A model generated the notes under the pieces. That model made no database searches. It had not been told where the DNA came from and worked only from the letters and a program-made list of their open reading frames with translations. Below, piece by piece: positions 17,772 through 27,002 of a stretch of DNA of 64,000 nucleotides (the stretch's first letter is position 1; each line of letters begins with the position of its first letter). This DNA comes from Fibrobacterota bacterium (GTDB lineage: Bacteria; Fibrobacterota; Chitinivibrionia; Chitinivibrionales; FEN-1185): NCBI GenBank assembly GCA_003165595.1, contig PLWQ01000025.1:107832-171831 (forward strand), written 5' to 3'. The translations under genes were made by a program, and so were the position numbers.

Positions 17772-18683
17772 TCATCTCTTGATAAACGTTAGATTGCATG
17801 TGCGGCTCTCGGTCCGGTACCCCGTGCCTCGCGAGTCGGAAAAGGTTGCGTCTATATGATATGAATAGGGGGTACCTCTCCGGTAGTTGTAGGTATTGTA
17901 CTTTGGATCGCCGGAGAGTCCGCTCGCCAGTATGACTGCGCTACCGTTAGGATTGATTTTCCCGTTGAGCGTGAGGCAGGGCGGTATGCTATCCGTGCCA
18001 TACTGACCATGAAGAACGCCATCCTTCACCGACGAGGTAATCTTGTAAGTGTAGCCAAAGGCACCTTCCTTTGGAAAGCAGTCAAGGATAACATCCCAGA
18101 TTCCGTCGAAGCGTCCAACATCGAGGCTGTCCGGCGCTTTTGGCTTTTTTCCCAATAGCACTTCCACCTCTTTTCTCATCGGGACATTGACGGAAGCAAC
18201 GGCAAACACGGAACCTGTTTCCGTAGCGATCAAGCGTGCATTGATTTTTACGCTGGTATTCAAATCTGCAACCGTGCCCGTCGTCAGCGCGTCGACTCCC
18301 AAAATCCGTCCCAACTTCGAGGCGGTATTTTCGTCTATGAGTCCCGTTGCACTAAGGTTCTGTTCTTCAATTATTCTTCTCATGAGCCGGCGCTCGACAA
18401 TCTGAAATTTGCCGGTTCGAAACAGGCGGGTTGTTAATTCCTCCGCCAAATACTTCCCCAAATCCGGAACCTTCCCGTCAAGGTCGGAGAATTCAATCAC
18501 GGCAATTTTGTTGATTTTCTGAACAGCCAGGCTGTTGATGATCTGCTCTGCAAGGGTGTCTATCTGTCTATCCAAGGCTTTCAAAGAAGCGCGTTGGTCC
18601 GGAAAAGTGGATTGATTTCGATGAGTACATGCTCCGAAAAGGCACAATATTCCAAAGAGCGTGTAACAGATGCTTTTTTTCAT
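17772..18683 (-). CDS. lipoprotein with FlgO/LpoB/CsgG-like N-terminal domain and an uncharacterised beta-rich C-terminal domain
   Basis: GGAGGAGAA lies directly upstream of ATG 18683. MKKSICYTLFGILCLFGAC has a lipobox. 'KIAVIEFSDLDGKV..LGKYLAEELTTRLFRTGKFQIVERRLMRRIIEEQNLSATGLID' is typical of the FlgO/LpoB-type fold. Confidence 0.7.
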   Translation of the reverse strand: MKKSICYTLFGILCLFGACTHRNQSTFPDQRASLKALDRQIDTLAEQIINSLAVQKINKIAVIEFSDLDGKVPDLGKYLAEELTTRLFRTGKFQIVERRLMRRIIEEQNLSATGLIDENTASKLGRILGVDALTTGTVADLNTSVKINARLIATETGSVFAVASVNVPMRKEVEVLLGKKPKAPDSLDVGRFDGIWDVILDCFPKEGAFGYTYKITSSVKDGVLHGQYGTDSIPPCLTLNGKINPNGSAVILASGLSGDPKYNTYNYRRGTPYSYHIDATFSDSRGTGYRTESRTCNLTFIKR

Positions 18684-19016
18684 TTCTCCTCCGTGTGTCA
18701 ATTATCCGGCAAGCATTGCGCTTGGGGCGGCTGCAAGATAAAATACCATGCTGTGAGTGCAATGTTCAACGCTTGGCTAACTCCAGGCAGCGCCGCCATG
18801 CCCCGTAAAAATCTCCGAGACAAGCTTGAGCGTCCTTTACGACAACGCCCTGCACAATCCAACAAGTATATTTTGACATCCTGTTCGGAGATAGACCTGT
18901 CGTACATCGCGAAAACATATTGCTTGCCAACTGGGCGGGTTAATTCCCGGAAGCCATAACACATCAATCAAACCTTTGGGTTGTTTTAGTTTGCCTGAAA
19001 GGACAAAGGATCTATC

Positions 19017-20177
19017 ATGTCAATCGACGCTTACATCACTGCTGTGTCCGCCGTACTCCCCGGAGCGCCGGTGTCCAATGATGCAATGGAGGGTGTGCTT
19101 GGCCAGGTAGCGGGAAAGCCATCTCGCGCCCGCCGCACCATTCTGCGAAGCAACGGCATTACCAATCGCCATTATGTGCTGGACCCGATCACGGGCGAAC
19201 CCACCCGCACCAATGCCCAGTTGGCCGCCGAGGCCATACGCGGCCTTCAAAAGGGTGGCCTGGACCTGGGAGCCATAGATTGTCTGGCTTGCGGTACTTC
19301 CGTCCCCGATCAGGTAATGCCAGGCCACGGGGTTATGGTACACGGTGAGTTGGGCAACCCTCCCAGCGAGGTGGTCAGCACTGCCGGCGTTTGCGTTGCC
19401 GGAATGACTGCAATGAGATACGCCTGGCTCGGCGTGACCGCAGGTGAATTTCAAAATGCAGTTGCCTCTGCTTCGGAAATTTCTTCGGTATTCATGCGGG
19501 CCCGATTTTTCGAGGAGGAAGTAGAAGCAAAGGTACGTGACCTGGAAAAGCGTCCGGAACTCGCCTTTGAAAAGGATTTTCTGCGCTGGATGCTTTCTGA
19601 CGGCGCTGGCGCGGTGCTGATTCAGCCCCGGCCCGCCAAAACCAACCTTTCCCTGAAAATCGAATGGATGATGATTCGCTCCTATGCCAATGAGCAGACG
19701 GCATGCATGATCGCAGCCGCGGAAAAGCAGGACGACGGATCGCTCAAGCCGTGGTATCAGTTTACCGGTAAGGAGTGGCTCGACCGGTCGGTATTCACCG
19801 TTCGTCAAGACGTGAAACAGCTCAACGAATATGTGATGCACTATACGGTTAAATGCGGCCTGGAGGAAGTCAAGCGTGTCCACAAAGACCTCCGGCCCTC
19901 GGATATTGACTATTTTTTACCTCATTATTCGTCGCAGTATTTCCGCGACGAAGTTTTTGAAAAGATGCAGGCCGCTGATTTCGTGATTCCCCATGAGCGC
20001 TGGTTCACTAACCTCACCACAAAAGGGAACACCGGATCAGCTTCCATTTACATTATTCTGGAGGAACTTTTCCATTCCGGAAAGCTCAAGCCGGGGCAAA
20101 AACTGCTATGCTATGTACCTGAAAGCGGCCGCTTTTCCACAGCTTTCATGCTGCTCACCGTCTGCGCACCTTCCTAG
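19017..20177 (+). CDS. beta-ketoacyl-ACP synthase III (FabH)-like condensing enzyme
   Basis: AAAGGA upstream of the start. Active-site Cys context 'VSTAGVCVAGMTAMRYAW'. C-terminal 'HYSSQYF' and 'GNTGSASIYIILEEL' fit the His/Asn of a KAS-III/thiolase fold. Confidence 0.7.
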   Translation: MSIDAYITAVSAVLPGAPVSNDAMEGVLGQVAGKPSRARRTILRSNGITNRHYVLDPITGEPTRTNAQLAAEAIRGLQKGGLDLGAIDCLACGTSVPDQVMPGHGVMVHGELGNPPSEVVSTAGVCVAGMTAMRYAWLGVTAGEFQNAVASASEISSVFMRARFFEEEVEAKVRDLEKRPELAFEKDFLRWMLSDGAGAVLIQPRPAKTNLSLKIEWMMIRSYANEQTACMIAAAEKQDDGSLKPWYQFTGKEWLDRSVFTVRQDVKQLNEYVMHYTVKCGLEEVKRVHKDLRPSDIDYFLPHYSSQYFRDEVFEKMQAADFVIPHERWFTNLTTKGNTGSASIYIILEELFHSGKLKPGQKLLCYVPESGRFSTAFMLLTVCAPS

Positions 20178-20330
20178 CCTGTGCGCTTCATCCTTCCCGT
20201 AGACTAAATGTTGCCCTGGGTTTACTCAGACAGTATTTTGTGAACGATTACTCATTGGTCGAAAATCAAACGCTTCAACAGATCGTAATAGTAGGCAGGG
20301 TCGGCATATCTACCAGGCTGCAAGGTAATT

Positions 20331-20753
20331 ATGGACTACCGCGAAGCACTCATCGAAGCAGTCACCCTATTTAACGAGCGCTACGAGCGGTGCCATATGG
20401 AGCTCTCCTGCGAGATTCCAATCGCCGAGCTCAAGATCAAGCAGTTGCAATATCTCGAAATCATCGCTCGTAAATCGTGCATAACCTTCAGTGAATTTGC
20501 GCAGGAGCTCAGAGTTACCAAGCCCACGGTAACAAGCATCGTGAATCAGCTCATAAAGCTGGAGTGCGTGCGGAAAAGCCAATGCAGTAATGATGGCAGG
20601 AAATACTATATAGAACTCTCGGAAAAGGGGCAGCAGATAGCCATGTTTAACGCCTTGAAACAGAGGCGACTAGCAGAGAAGATACTCATCGCCCTTTCCG
20701 AGGACGAAATATCACTTTTCGTGCGGCTCATCAACAAGGTAGTGAATATTTGA
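20331..20753 (+). CDS. MarR family transcriptional regulator
   Basis: Winged-helix region 'FSEFAQELRVTKPTVTSIVNQLIKLECVRKSQCSNDGRKYYIELSEKG'. Confidence 0.8.
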   Translation: MDYREALIEAVTLFNERYERCHMELSCEIPIAELKIKQLQYLEIIARKSCITFSEFAQELRVTKPTVTSIVNQLIKLECVRKSQCSNDGRKYYIELSEKGQQIAMFNALKQRRLAEKILIALSEDEISLFVRLINKVVNI

Positions 20754-20809
20754 GTCTTTTTGCCGTAATAGTTAGTTCGAGTCTAACAAATTAAAAGTGG
20801 AGGACTATT

Positions 20810-23188
20810 GTGGCCAGCAAGCAGATTCCGAAGGAGTTAATGGTAATCCCGATTTTTGACGGTGTCATAGTCCCATGGATGAAATCGAAGATCGGGGTGG
20901 GTGAAGAGCTGGGGAAGAGTCTTGCAGAAGCGATCACAAATGATGTGCCGTTTGCACTGACCCTCACTTCAAAGGAAAAGGCGGACCCTAAGCCAAATCC
21001 AAAGGGGTTCTACACTATCGGCTCGTTGGTCCAACTGGAATCGATTCAGGACGCCGACAAGGGATATCTCGTCCATCTCAAGTCTGTCAAGCGAATCAGG
21101 GTCGAAAATCTTCGTCTCGACGGCTCATTCCTACGGTCCGGGTACTCGTTCTTCCCGCTGAACCTGGACCTCGACGAATCAGGTCGTGAGTCGGTTATGG
21201 AATTTGTTCGTAAGACGCTCACCGATATCAGTCAAAACTTTCATGGAGCCGATTCATTCCTCAAGCTGATTCTGGAACTTCAAACACTTGAACAAGTGAT
21301 CGGCTTTACCATGCCCTTCATGCAGGGTTCGGTCGCCAGGTTGCAGGAAATTCTTGAGACCGAATCCGAGAAGCTTCTCGGTATACGCTTCATCGATCTG
21401 CTTCTGGAGCACAAAAACTCCATGGAGTTTCAGATAGAGATGACCCGGAATTTCCATGAGAAAGTCAATAAATCCCAGCGCGAGGCGCTGCTGCGGGAGC
21501 AGATGAAAGCCATTCAACAGGAGCTCGGGAAGAACGGTTCGGACAAGAAAGGCAAGAAGGATTATCGTCAACTGATCGAAGAGGCCATGATGCCGGATGA
21601 TATCAAGGCGGTCGCCCTGGAGCAGGTTGACAAGTTGGATACGTTCGGGACCGACCATTACGAATCGGCGGGGGTTCAGAACTATCTGGATCTTCTGGTT
21701 GCGCTCCCCTGGAAGCCGGGTGTCTATAAAGATCTGGATATTGCCGAAGCGCGCAGGATCCTCGATGAGGATCACTCTGGCATCGAGAAGGTCAAGACCA
21801 GAATCATTCAACATCTTGCAGTCATGAAACTCAAGAAAAACAAGAAAGGCTCCATCCTGCTCTTCGTGGGGCCGCCGGGAACAGGAAAAACGAGCCTTGG
21901 CAAAAGTATCGCCCGTGCCATGGGAAGAAGCTATCAGCGGCTGAGTCTCGGCGGCATCCGCGATGAAGCTGAGATCCGCGGTCACCGGCGGACCTATATC
22001 GGAGCGCTGCCTGGCCGGATTATCCAGGGAATGAAAAAGGCGAAAGAAAAGAACCCGGTCTTTGTTCTTGACGAAGTGGACAAGCTCATGGTTGGTTACA
22101 GCGGCGATCCGGCCAGCGCGCTTCTTGAGGTTCTGGACCCCGAACAGAACAACACCTTCACCGATCACTACCTGGAGGTGCCCTATGATCTGTCGGAGGT
22201 CTTCTTCATCGCAACTGCAAACACCACGGCCACGATCCCTGCGCCGCTCCTGGACCGGATGGAGATCATCGAGTTGACAGGATACACACTCAGGGAGAAG
22301 ATGCAGATTGCGACAAAGCACATCATTCCCGCAGTGATTGAGGATGCGGGTCTGACCTTATCACAGGTGAACATTGAGGAGCGCGCGCTCAATGCTCTGA
22401 TTGCCGGGTACACGCGCGAGGCCGGCGTGCGCGGGCTCAAAAAGGAGCTTGCATCAATTGTGCGAGCGGTCTCCGAAAAGATGCTCTCCCGTGATGCGCC
22501 GAATTCCTTTATTGTTAACGAAGCAGCGATCAGAGAGATACTTGGCAAACCCAAAGTAAGACTGGATGATGTCCTGAAAAGCAATGCCCCCGGCGTTGTT
22601 ACCGGCCTGGCCTGGACTCCGGTGGGAGGCGATATTCTCTTCGTCGAAGCCTCGGTAATGCCGGGGCGAGGCGAGCTGATTCTCACCGGTCAACTGGGCG
22701 ACGTGATGAAGGAGTCGGCCCGGATATCCATGAGCTTGATCGAGTCGCGTCTTGCATACTTGATTCCGAAGTTCAAATTCACGCGCAGCAATATTCACAT
22801 CCATGTACCTGCAGGTGCAATTCCCAAGGATGGACCCTCCGCCGGTATCACGCTCTTCACATCACTGGCGTCGCTCTTGACGAACAAGCGTGTTGATCCG
22901 ACGCTCGCGATGACGGGAGAGATCACGCTTCGCGGCTCGGTTCTGCCGGTAGGGGGAATCAAGGAGAAGGTTCTCGCAGCTCAACGCGCCGGAATCAAGA
23001 GGATCATTCTCTCGCGCGAAAACGAAGAGGATCTGAAGGACGTCCCGAAGGAGGTTTCCGAGACGTTGGAGTTCATCCTGGTCGATACGATCGAGGACGT
23101 TGTCAGGAGCGCCCTTAAGATCGAACTTCCTGAACCTATGCTGTGGAACGAGGGAAAAGCCGGGCACAGAAGCATGACTGATAGATAA
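20810..23188 (+). CDS. lon: ATP-dependent Lon protease (LonA, endopeptidase La)
   Basis: GTG start with GTGGAGGA upstream. N-terminal LON substrate-binding domain. Walker A 'GPPGTGKTS' and Walker B 'VFVLDEVDK'. Protease Ser in '[10 protein letters not shown]' with a downstream '[10 protein letters not shown]' Lys. Confidence 0.95.
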   Translation: MASKQIPKELMVIPIFDGVIVPWMKSKIGVGEELGKSLAEAITNDVPFALTLTSKEKADPKPNPKGFYTIGSLVQLESIQDADKGYLVHLKSVKRIRVENLRLDGSFLRSGYSFFPLNLDLDESGRESVMEFVRKTLTDISQNFHGADSFLKLILELQTLEQVIGFTMPFMQGSVARLQEILETESEKLLGIRFIDLLLEHKNSMEFQIEMTRNFHEKVNKSQREALLREQMKAIQQELGKNGSDKKGKKDYRQLIEEAMMPDDIKAVALEQVDKLDTFGTDHYESAGVQNYLDLLVALPWKPGVYKDLDIAEARRILDEDHSGIEKVKTRIIQHLAVMKLKKNKKGSILLFVGPPGTGKTSLGKSIARAMGRSYQRLSLGGIRDEAEIRGHRRTYIGALPGRIIQGMKKAKEKNPVFVLDEVDKLMVGYSGDPASALLEVLDPEQNNTFTDHYLEVPYDLSEVFFIATANTTATIPAPLLDRMEIIELTGYTLREKMQIATKHIIPAVIEDAGLTLSQVNIEERALNALIAGYTREAGVRGLKKELASIVRAVSEKMLSRDAPNSFIVNEAAIREILGKPKVRLDDVLKSNAPGVVTGLAWTPVGGDILFVEASVMPGRGELILTGQLGDVMKESARISMSLIESRLAYLIPKFKFTRSNIHIHVPAGAIPKDGPSAGITLFTSLASLLTNKRVDPTLAMTGEITLRGSVLPVGGIKEKVLAAQRAGIKRIILSRENEEDLKDVPKEVSETLEFILVDTIEDVVRSALKIELPEPMLWNEGKAGHRSMTDR

Positions 23189-23472
23189 TCTGATATTTCG
23201 GGAACGGGGTGTTGGATCAAGATGGCTCAAGATAACCTTTCGAGTTCGCCGCTTTCCAGTTTGCCACGTCCATCACCACCTGCTCCGGTTTTTTATAGTT
23301 GACTAATGCGGATGCACAGCGTTGACGCGCATCATGAAACAGAAAGTTATCAAGCTTGCTATCCTCAGGCTCCGCATGAAATGTGCCTGCGATTTGATCG
23401 CCGGGGCGGATGGTAGTTATTACCGTTCCCTTACATAAACGACGATGGCGATGACTGCTTTCCCAATGCAGG

Positions 23473-23889
23473 CTACAGGCGCAGAGCGCTTAACGGGATC
23501 CATTCCGGACATCCCTGGCACCAAATAGGATCGTTCGGTTGGATACGTCCGGTCCGCATCATTTCTTTGATTCGCTCAGGTGTATACGGCCCCCACTGCT
23601 TCTTGTTTTTGTAAACCCATATCTTTGACGTCGAGCGGGGCGGAACAACGGTCCGTTGTGTGGACGGGGATGCAGGCGGCCTGAAGGCGACGGGGGGCCG
23701 CGCATCCGGTTTCTTGCTTGCTGAGAGACCGGGGAAAATTTTGGAGAGGCCGATATACACAAGGACGCTCACAATTGCTATAAGAATTATTCCGCCGATA
23801 ATGTCCAGGAGGTTCACATTTTCGACGTTTACGGTACAACCGAGGAACACGAGGATGGGTATTGTGGTGGAGATCAATTTCTTGTTCAC
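23473..23889 (-). CDS. membrane-anchored GYF-domain (DUF4339-like) protein
   Basis: Two N-terminal hydrophobic segments and a Pro-rich linker. C-terminal 'WVYKNKKQWGPYTPERIKEMMRTGRIQPNDPIWCQGCPEWIPLSAL' matches the GYF_2 pattern. Confidence 0.7.
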   Translation of the reverse strand: MNKKLISTTIPILVFLGCTVNVENVNLLDIIGGIILIAIVSVLVYIGLSKIFPGLSASKKPDARPPVAFRPPASPSTQRTVVPPRSTSKIWVYKNKKQWGPYTPERIKEMMRTGRIQPNDPIWCQGCPEWIPLSALRL

Positions 23890-24141
23890 ACATTTCCCCT
23901 TTCTGCATCAAATTCCGTCTGCGGGGTATGCTAAAGGAACAAAATCAGGACAGGCTGGGTCTCAAGTCCTGGGGTGGGCGGTGCGGAACATCATGATGTT
24001 TTCACGCATGTTTTCACATTTCAGTAGTTCTCAGTAGTCCAACAGAGTGCCGGCAGAAATTTCCAAGCGGCGGAAAATACCTTGAGAGACCTGCCTAGGC
24101 ACGTTTAAAGGTACTACGGGGTATTCGGTAGGACTAAGAAT

Positions 24142-24217
24142 TGGCTGGAGTGGAGGGATTCGAACCCCCGACCCAGTGGTTAACAGCCACTTGCTCTGCC
24201 GACTGAGCTACACTCCA
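24142..24217 (-). tRNA. tRNA-Asn (anticodon GUU), CCA encoded
   Basis: Manual cloverleaf. Acceptor TGGAGTG/CACTCCA. D arm GCTC-AGTCGGCA-GAGC. Anticodon arm AGTGG-CTGTTAA-CCACT (GTT at positions 34-36). T arm GGGGG-TTCGAAT-CCCTC. Discriminator G followed by CCA. Confidence 0.9.
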
Positions 24218-24323
24218 GCAAGCATTTAATTTAACGAGTGATAAAAATATATCGGCTCGGCAGTGATGTCAAAAGCTTTTGGCCCCAGAGGTTACTTGTG
24301 CTTGTTGTATTTTCCATAATACC

Positions 24324-25073
24324 ATGACACCCTATGCCGCAATAGTCACCGTGATGAGTCTTGCGTTGTCAATCCAGAGTGCTGTTCCCCGCGCGACACC
24401 CATTGTCCTTCGCACTCTTCCACACGACACACAAGCCTTCACGCAGGGGTTGTTCTACTGCAAGGGGCTTCTGTACGAAAGCACGGGGCTATACGGTCAG
24501 TCGAGCCTTCGGGTCTTGGACCCCAAGGACGGACGCCTCATCAGGAACATCCCGGTGCCCGACATCTTTGCAGAAGGGTGCGCAAAAATGGATTCAACGG
24601 TGGTGCAGCTTTCGTGGCGAGAAGGCGGCGCACCGATCTATTCCTTCCCGGGACTCTTTCTCAAGGGATCGTTTTCCTACACCGGCGAAGGATGGGGCCT
24701 CACGTCGGATTCCGCCTCGTTCTACATGAGCAACGGAAGCGACACGCTTTACATACGCGACAAACGGTTCGTCGTGAGGAAAAAGGTGGCGGTGACCCTG
24801 GGCAAGGAAAGACTCACCAACATCAACGAGCTGGAATATGTCAAGGGTCTGGTGTACGCAAACGTGTGGTACAATAACAGCATTTACGTAATTCGTCCCT
24901 CAACCGGCGCGGTTGTACGCGTTATCGACTGTACGGCGCTTGTTGAACAGAACGCTGCCCGCAGTGATCAGAATGTGCTCAACGGCATTGCCTACAACAA
25001 CGATACCGGGACGTTCTACCTTACGGGAAAGCGCTGGCAATTCATTTTCGAGGTGCGACTGCCGAGATCCTGA
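24324..25073 (+). CDS. glutaminyl-peptide cyclotransferase (beta-propeller, plant/bacterial type)
   Basis: 'FTQGLFYCKGLLYESTGLYGQSSL', 'GEGWGLTSD', 'LNELEYVKGLVYANVW', 'NGIAYNNDTGTFYLTGKRW'. ATG 24324 gives a signal-like N-terminus, so the TTG at 24279 in the track is less likely. Confidence 0.8.
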   Translation: MTPYAAIVTVMSLALSIQSAVPRATPIVLRTLPHDTQAFTQGLFYCKGLLYESTGLYGQSSLRVLDPKDGRLIRNIPVPDIFAEGCAKMDSTVVQLSWREGGAPIYSFPGLFLKGSFSYTGEGWGLTSDSASFYMSNGSDTLYIRDKRFVVRKKVAVTLGKERLTNINELEYVKGLVYANVWYNNSIYVIRPSTGAVVRVIDCTALVEQNAARSDQNVLNGIAYNNDTGTFYLTGKRWQFIFEVRLPRS

Positions 25074-25114
25074 ACCTCCATGCCGATCGGTCGGCCCTCT
25101 GCCGTGCCATTTGT

Positions 25115-25870
25115 TCATTGCACATTTATCAAGGCGGCCGCATACCCGGCGCCAAACCCGTTGTCGATGTTGACAACCGTGAGACCGGACGCACAGGAGT
25201 TGAGCATGGCAAAAAGCGGCACCAGGCCGCCCAGGTGCGACCCGTAGCCCACGCTTGTGGGTACGGCTATCACGGGGCATGCCACGAGGCCCGCCACCAC
25301 CGACGGCAGCGCGCCTTCCATCCCCGCCACAACGATTATCACCGACGCCTCCAGCAATTCGCTCTTGTGTGCAAACAGCCGGTGAATTCCCGCCACGCCG
25401 ACGTCGTTGAGCACCGTGCACGGATGGCCAAGGACCTCCACGGTGCATTGCGCCTCTTCCACCACGGGCAGGTCCGCGGTGCCGGCGGACGCGATCAGGA
25501 TAGACCCCTTGACCTTGTCCTTTTTCTTCCAGTGCTTCGATTTCTTCCAGAAACACCTGCCCGACCTGCTCAACTCCACGCCCTTGATTTCCTTTTCCAG
25601 CAAGTCAAGTGTTTCCATGGAAGCGCGAGTGCCGAACACGGTTTCATCGTGCGCGATCATGTTTTTCGAAATCTCCATAACCTGCTGCGGGGTTTTGTTC
25701 TGGCAGAAAATGACCTCGGCGTACCCCTTGCGAAGGGCGCGGTGATGGTCGATGCGTGCAAATCCCATATCCTCAAAGGGCAGGTCCGAAAGTTTCTTCA
25801 TTGCCTCTTCAATCGACACCGACTGTCCCGATACTGCCGTCAAGATCTCGCGCAATGAATCGTGCTCCAT
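25115..25870 (-). CDS. larB: nickel-pincer cofactor biosynthesis protein LarB (PurE-like AIR-carboxylase fold)
   Basis: 'ILIASAGTADLPVVEEA', 'VAGMEGALPSVVAGLVACPVIAVPTSVGYG', 'LNSCASGLTVVNIDNGFGAGYAAALI'. Start trimmed to MEHDSLREIL (ATG at 25870). Confidence 0.75.
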   Translation of the reverse strand: MEHDSLREILTAVSGQSVSIEEAMKKLSDLPFEDMGFARIDHHRALRKGYAEVIFCQNKTPQQVMEISKNMIAHDETVFGTRASMETLDLLEKEIKGVELSRSGRCFWKKSKHWKKKDKVKGSILIASAGTADLPVVEEAQCTVEVLGHPCTVLNDVGVAGIHRLFAHKSELLEASVIIVVAGMEGALPSVVAGLVACPVIAVPTSVGYGSHLGGLVPLFAMLNSCASGLTVVNIDNGFGAGYAAALINVQ

Positions 25871-25934
25871 GAGTTTTCCCTTCGTTGATAGGCCGTGGGT
25901 GCGCCCGGTGGATTCGGTCGAAATATATATGATG

Positions 25935-26885
25935 TTACTTTTCCGGCAATAACCGCAACAGCGCAGCTTCGATCTCCGCCGACGTCCTGGCCCCAAAGAT
26001 TGCCGTGCGCATCAATGCCGCCTGCGGCAGCCCTTTCATGTACCACGACGCCTGCTTCTTCATCTCGGCAACGGTCTTTTTCTCTCCGTAAATCTCTTTG
26101 TGCCGTCGGAGGTGTTCGCAAGCCGTTTGAACGCGCTCGGATGCATCGGGTGCGTGCACCGGCCTTCCGGCAATGAGGTCTTTGATGCGCGAGAAGATCC
26201 ATGGGTTTCCCAGTGCGCCCCGGCCGATCATTATGGAGTCGCAGCCGGTGGTATCGAACATGCGGGCCGCATCCTGTTCCGAGAGAATGTCGCCGTTGCC
26301 GATAAGGGGTACGGTGAGGGCTTTCTTAACAATGGCGATTCTGTCCCAATAGGAATGCCCGGAAAACCCCATGGTTTTGGATCGTGGATGCAGGATAACC
26401 GCTGCTGCGCCGCACGCCTGGGCCGCGAGTGCAAACTCGACGTCCACCCACGAATGCATTTCCCAGCCCGATCGAATCTTCACCGTCACGGGCACCGAAA
26501 CCGACTTCACAAGCGCGCCGACCATGTCGGAAAACAACAGGATATCCCTGAGCAGCGACGCGCCGCCGTTCTTTCTCACGACCTTGGGCACGGGACACCC
26601 TGCGTTAAGGTCGATAAAATCCGGCGCCACGGTCTTCTCAACATACTCGGCGGCCCGGCCCAGATGGTCTGGCCGCGCGCCGAACAGCTGGACGCCGAAG
26701 GGACGCTCTGTTTTGTCAAAGTGAAGCAGCGCCGCCGTTGCAGCCGACCCGTAATGCAAGCCTTCGGCGCTCACCATCTCCGACACTACCACGTCCGCGC
26801 CATGTTCCTTGCACATGCGGCGAAACACGGTATCGGAAATGCCGGCCAGAGGCGCCAGGAACAATTTCTTGCCCGTAAAATCCAT
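25935..26885 (-). CDS. dusB: tRNA-dihydrouridine synthase
   Basis: 'LAPLAGISDTVFRRMC', 'IDLNAGCPVPKV', 'VTVKIRSGW', 'LIGNGDI'. Confidence 0.85.
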   Translation of the reverse strand: MDFTGKKLFLAPLAGISDTVFRRMCKEHGADVVVSEMVSAEGLHYGSAATAALLHFDKTERPFGVQLFGARPDHLGRAAEYVEKTVAPDFIDLNAGCPVPKVVRKNGGASLLRDILLFSDMVGALVKSVSVPVTVKIRSGWEMHSWVDVEFALAAQACGAAAVILHPRSKTMGFSGHSYWDRIAIVKKALTVPLIGNGDILSEQDAARMFDTTGCDSIMIGRGALGNPWIFSRIKDLIAGRPVHAPDASERVQTACEHLRRHKEIYGEKKTVAEMKKQASWYMKGLPQAALMRTAIFGARTSAEIEAALLRLLPEK

Positions 26886-27002
26886 GCTTCAAAAATACTC
26901 TATCGTGATGCTCTTGAAGCACCAGGGATAGCTTGCTGCGGGGTTTTTCAATTATTTTACCTGTGCACCACCCTTTCACCACGAACACAGGATTGGCAGC
27001 AT

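Noticed and set aside
21254-22321. 355-aa minus-strand ORF
   Set aside because: It lies entirely inside lon on the opposite strand. Lon has unambiguous Walker and protease motifs.
20810-23188. Considered Lon as part of a defence system (BrxL-like or Lon-like accessory protease)
   Set aside because: It has the full LonA architecture (N-terminal substrate domain, AAA+, and Ser-Lys protease domain). No BREX, DISARM or other defence genes are nearby, so it is most simply the housekeeping Lon.
24142-24217. Considered tRNA-Asn as the attachment site of an integrated element
   Set aside because: I could see no integrase, no direct repeat of the tRNA 3' end, and no phage or mobile genes on either side.
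25115-25996. Considered the PurE-like gene as a purine-biosynthesis purE, and considered the 293-aa long form
   Set aside because: The C-terminal motifs ('VPTSVGYG', 'NIDNGFGAGY') and the N-terminal extension fit LarB-type proteins rather than PurE. The first 42 aa of the long form are Arg/Cys-rich, so the ATG at 25870 is preferred.
26100-27002. N-terminal 301 aa of the 610-aa ORF 26100..27932
   Set aside because: This part is antisense to dusB and has no protein-like features. The PAC2 homology and a sensible start begin at ATG 27003.
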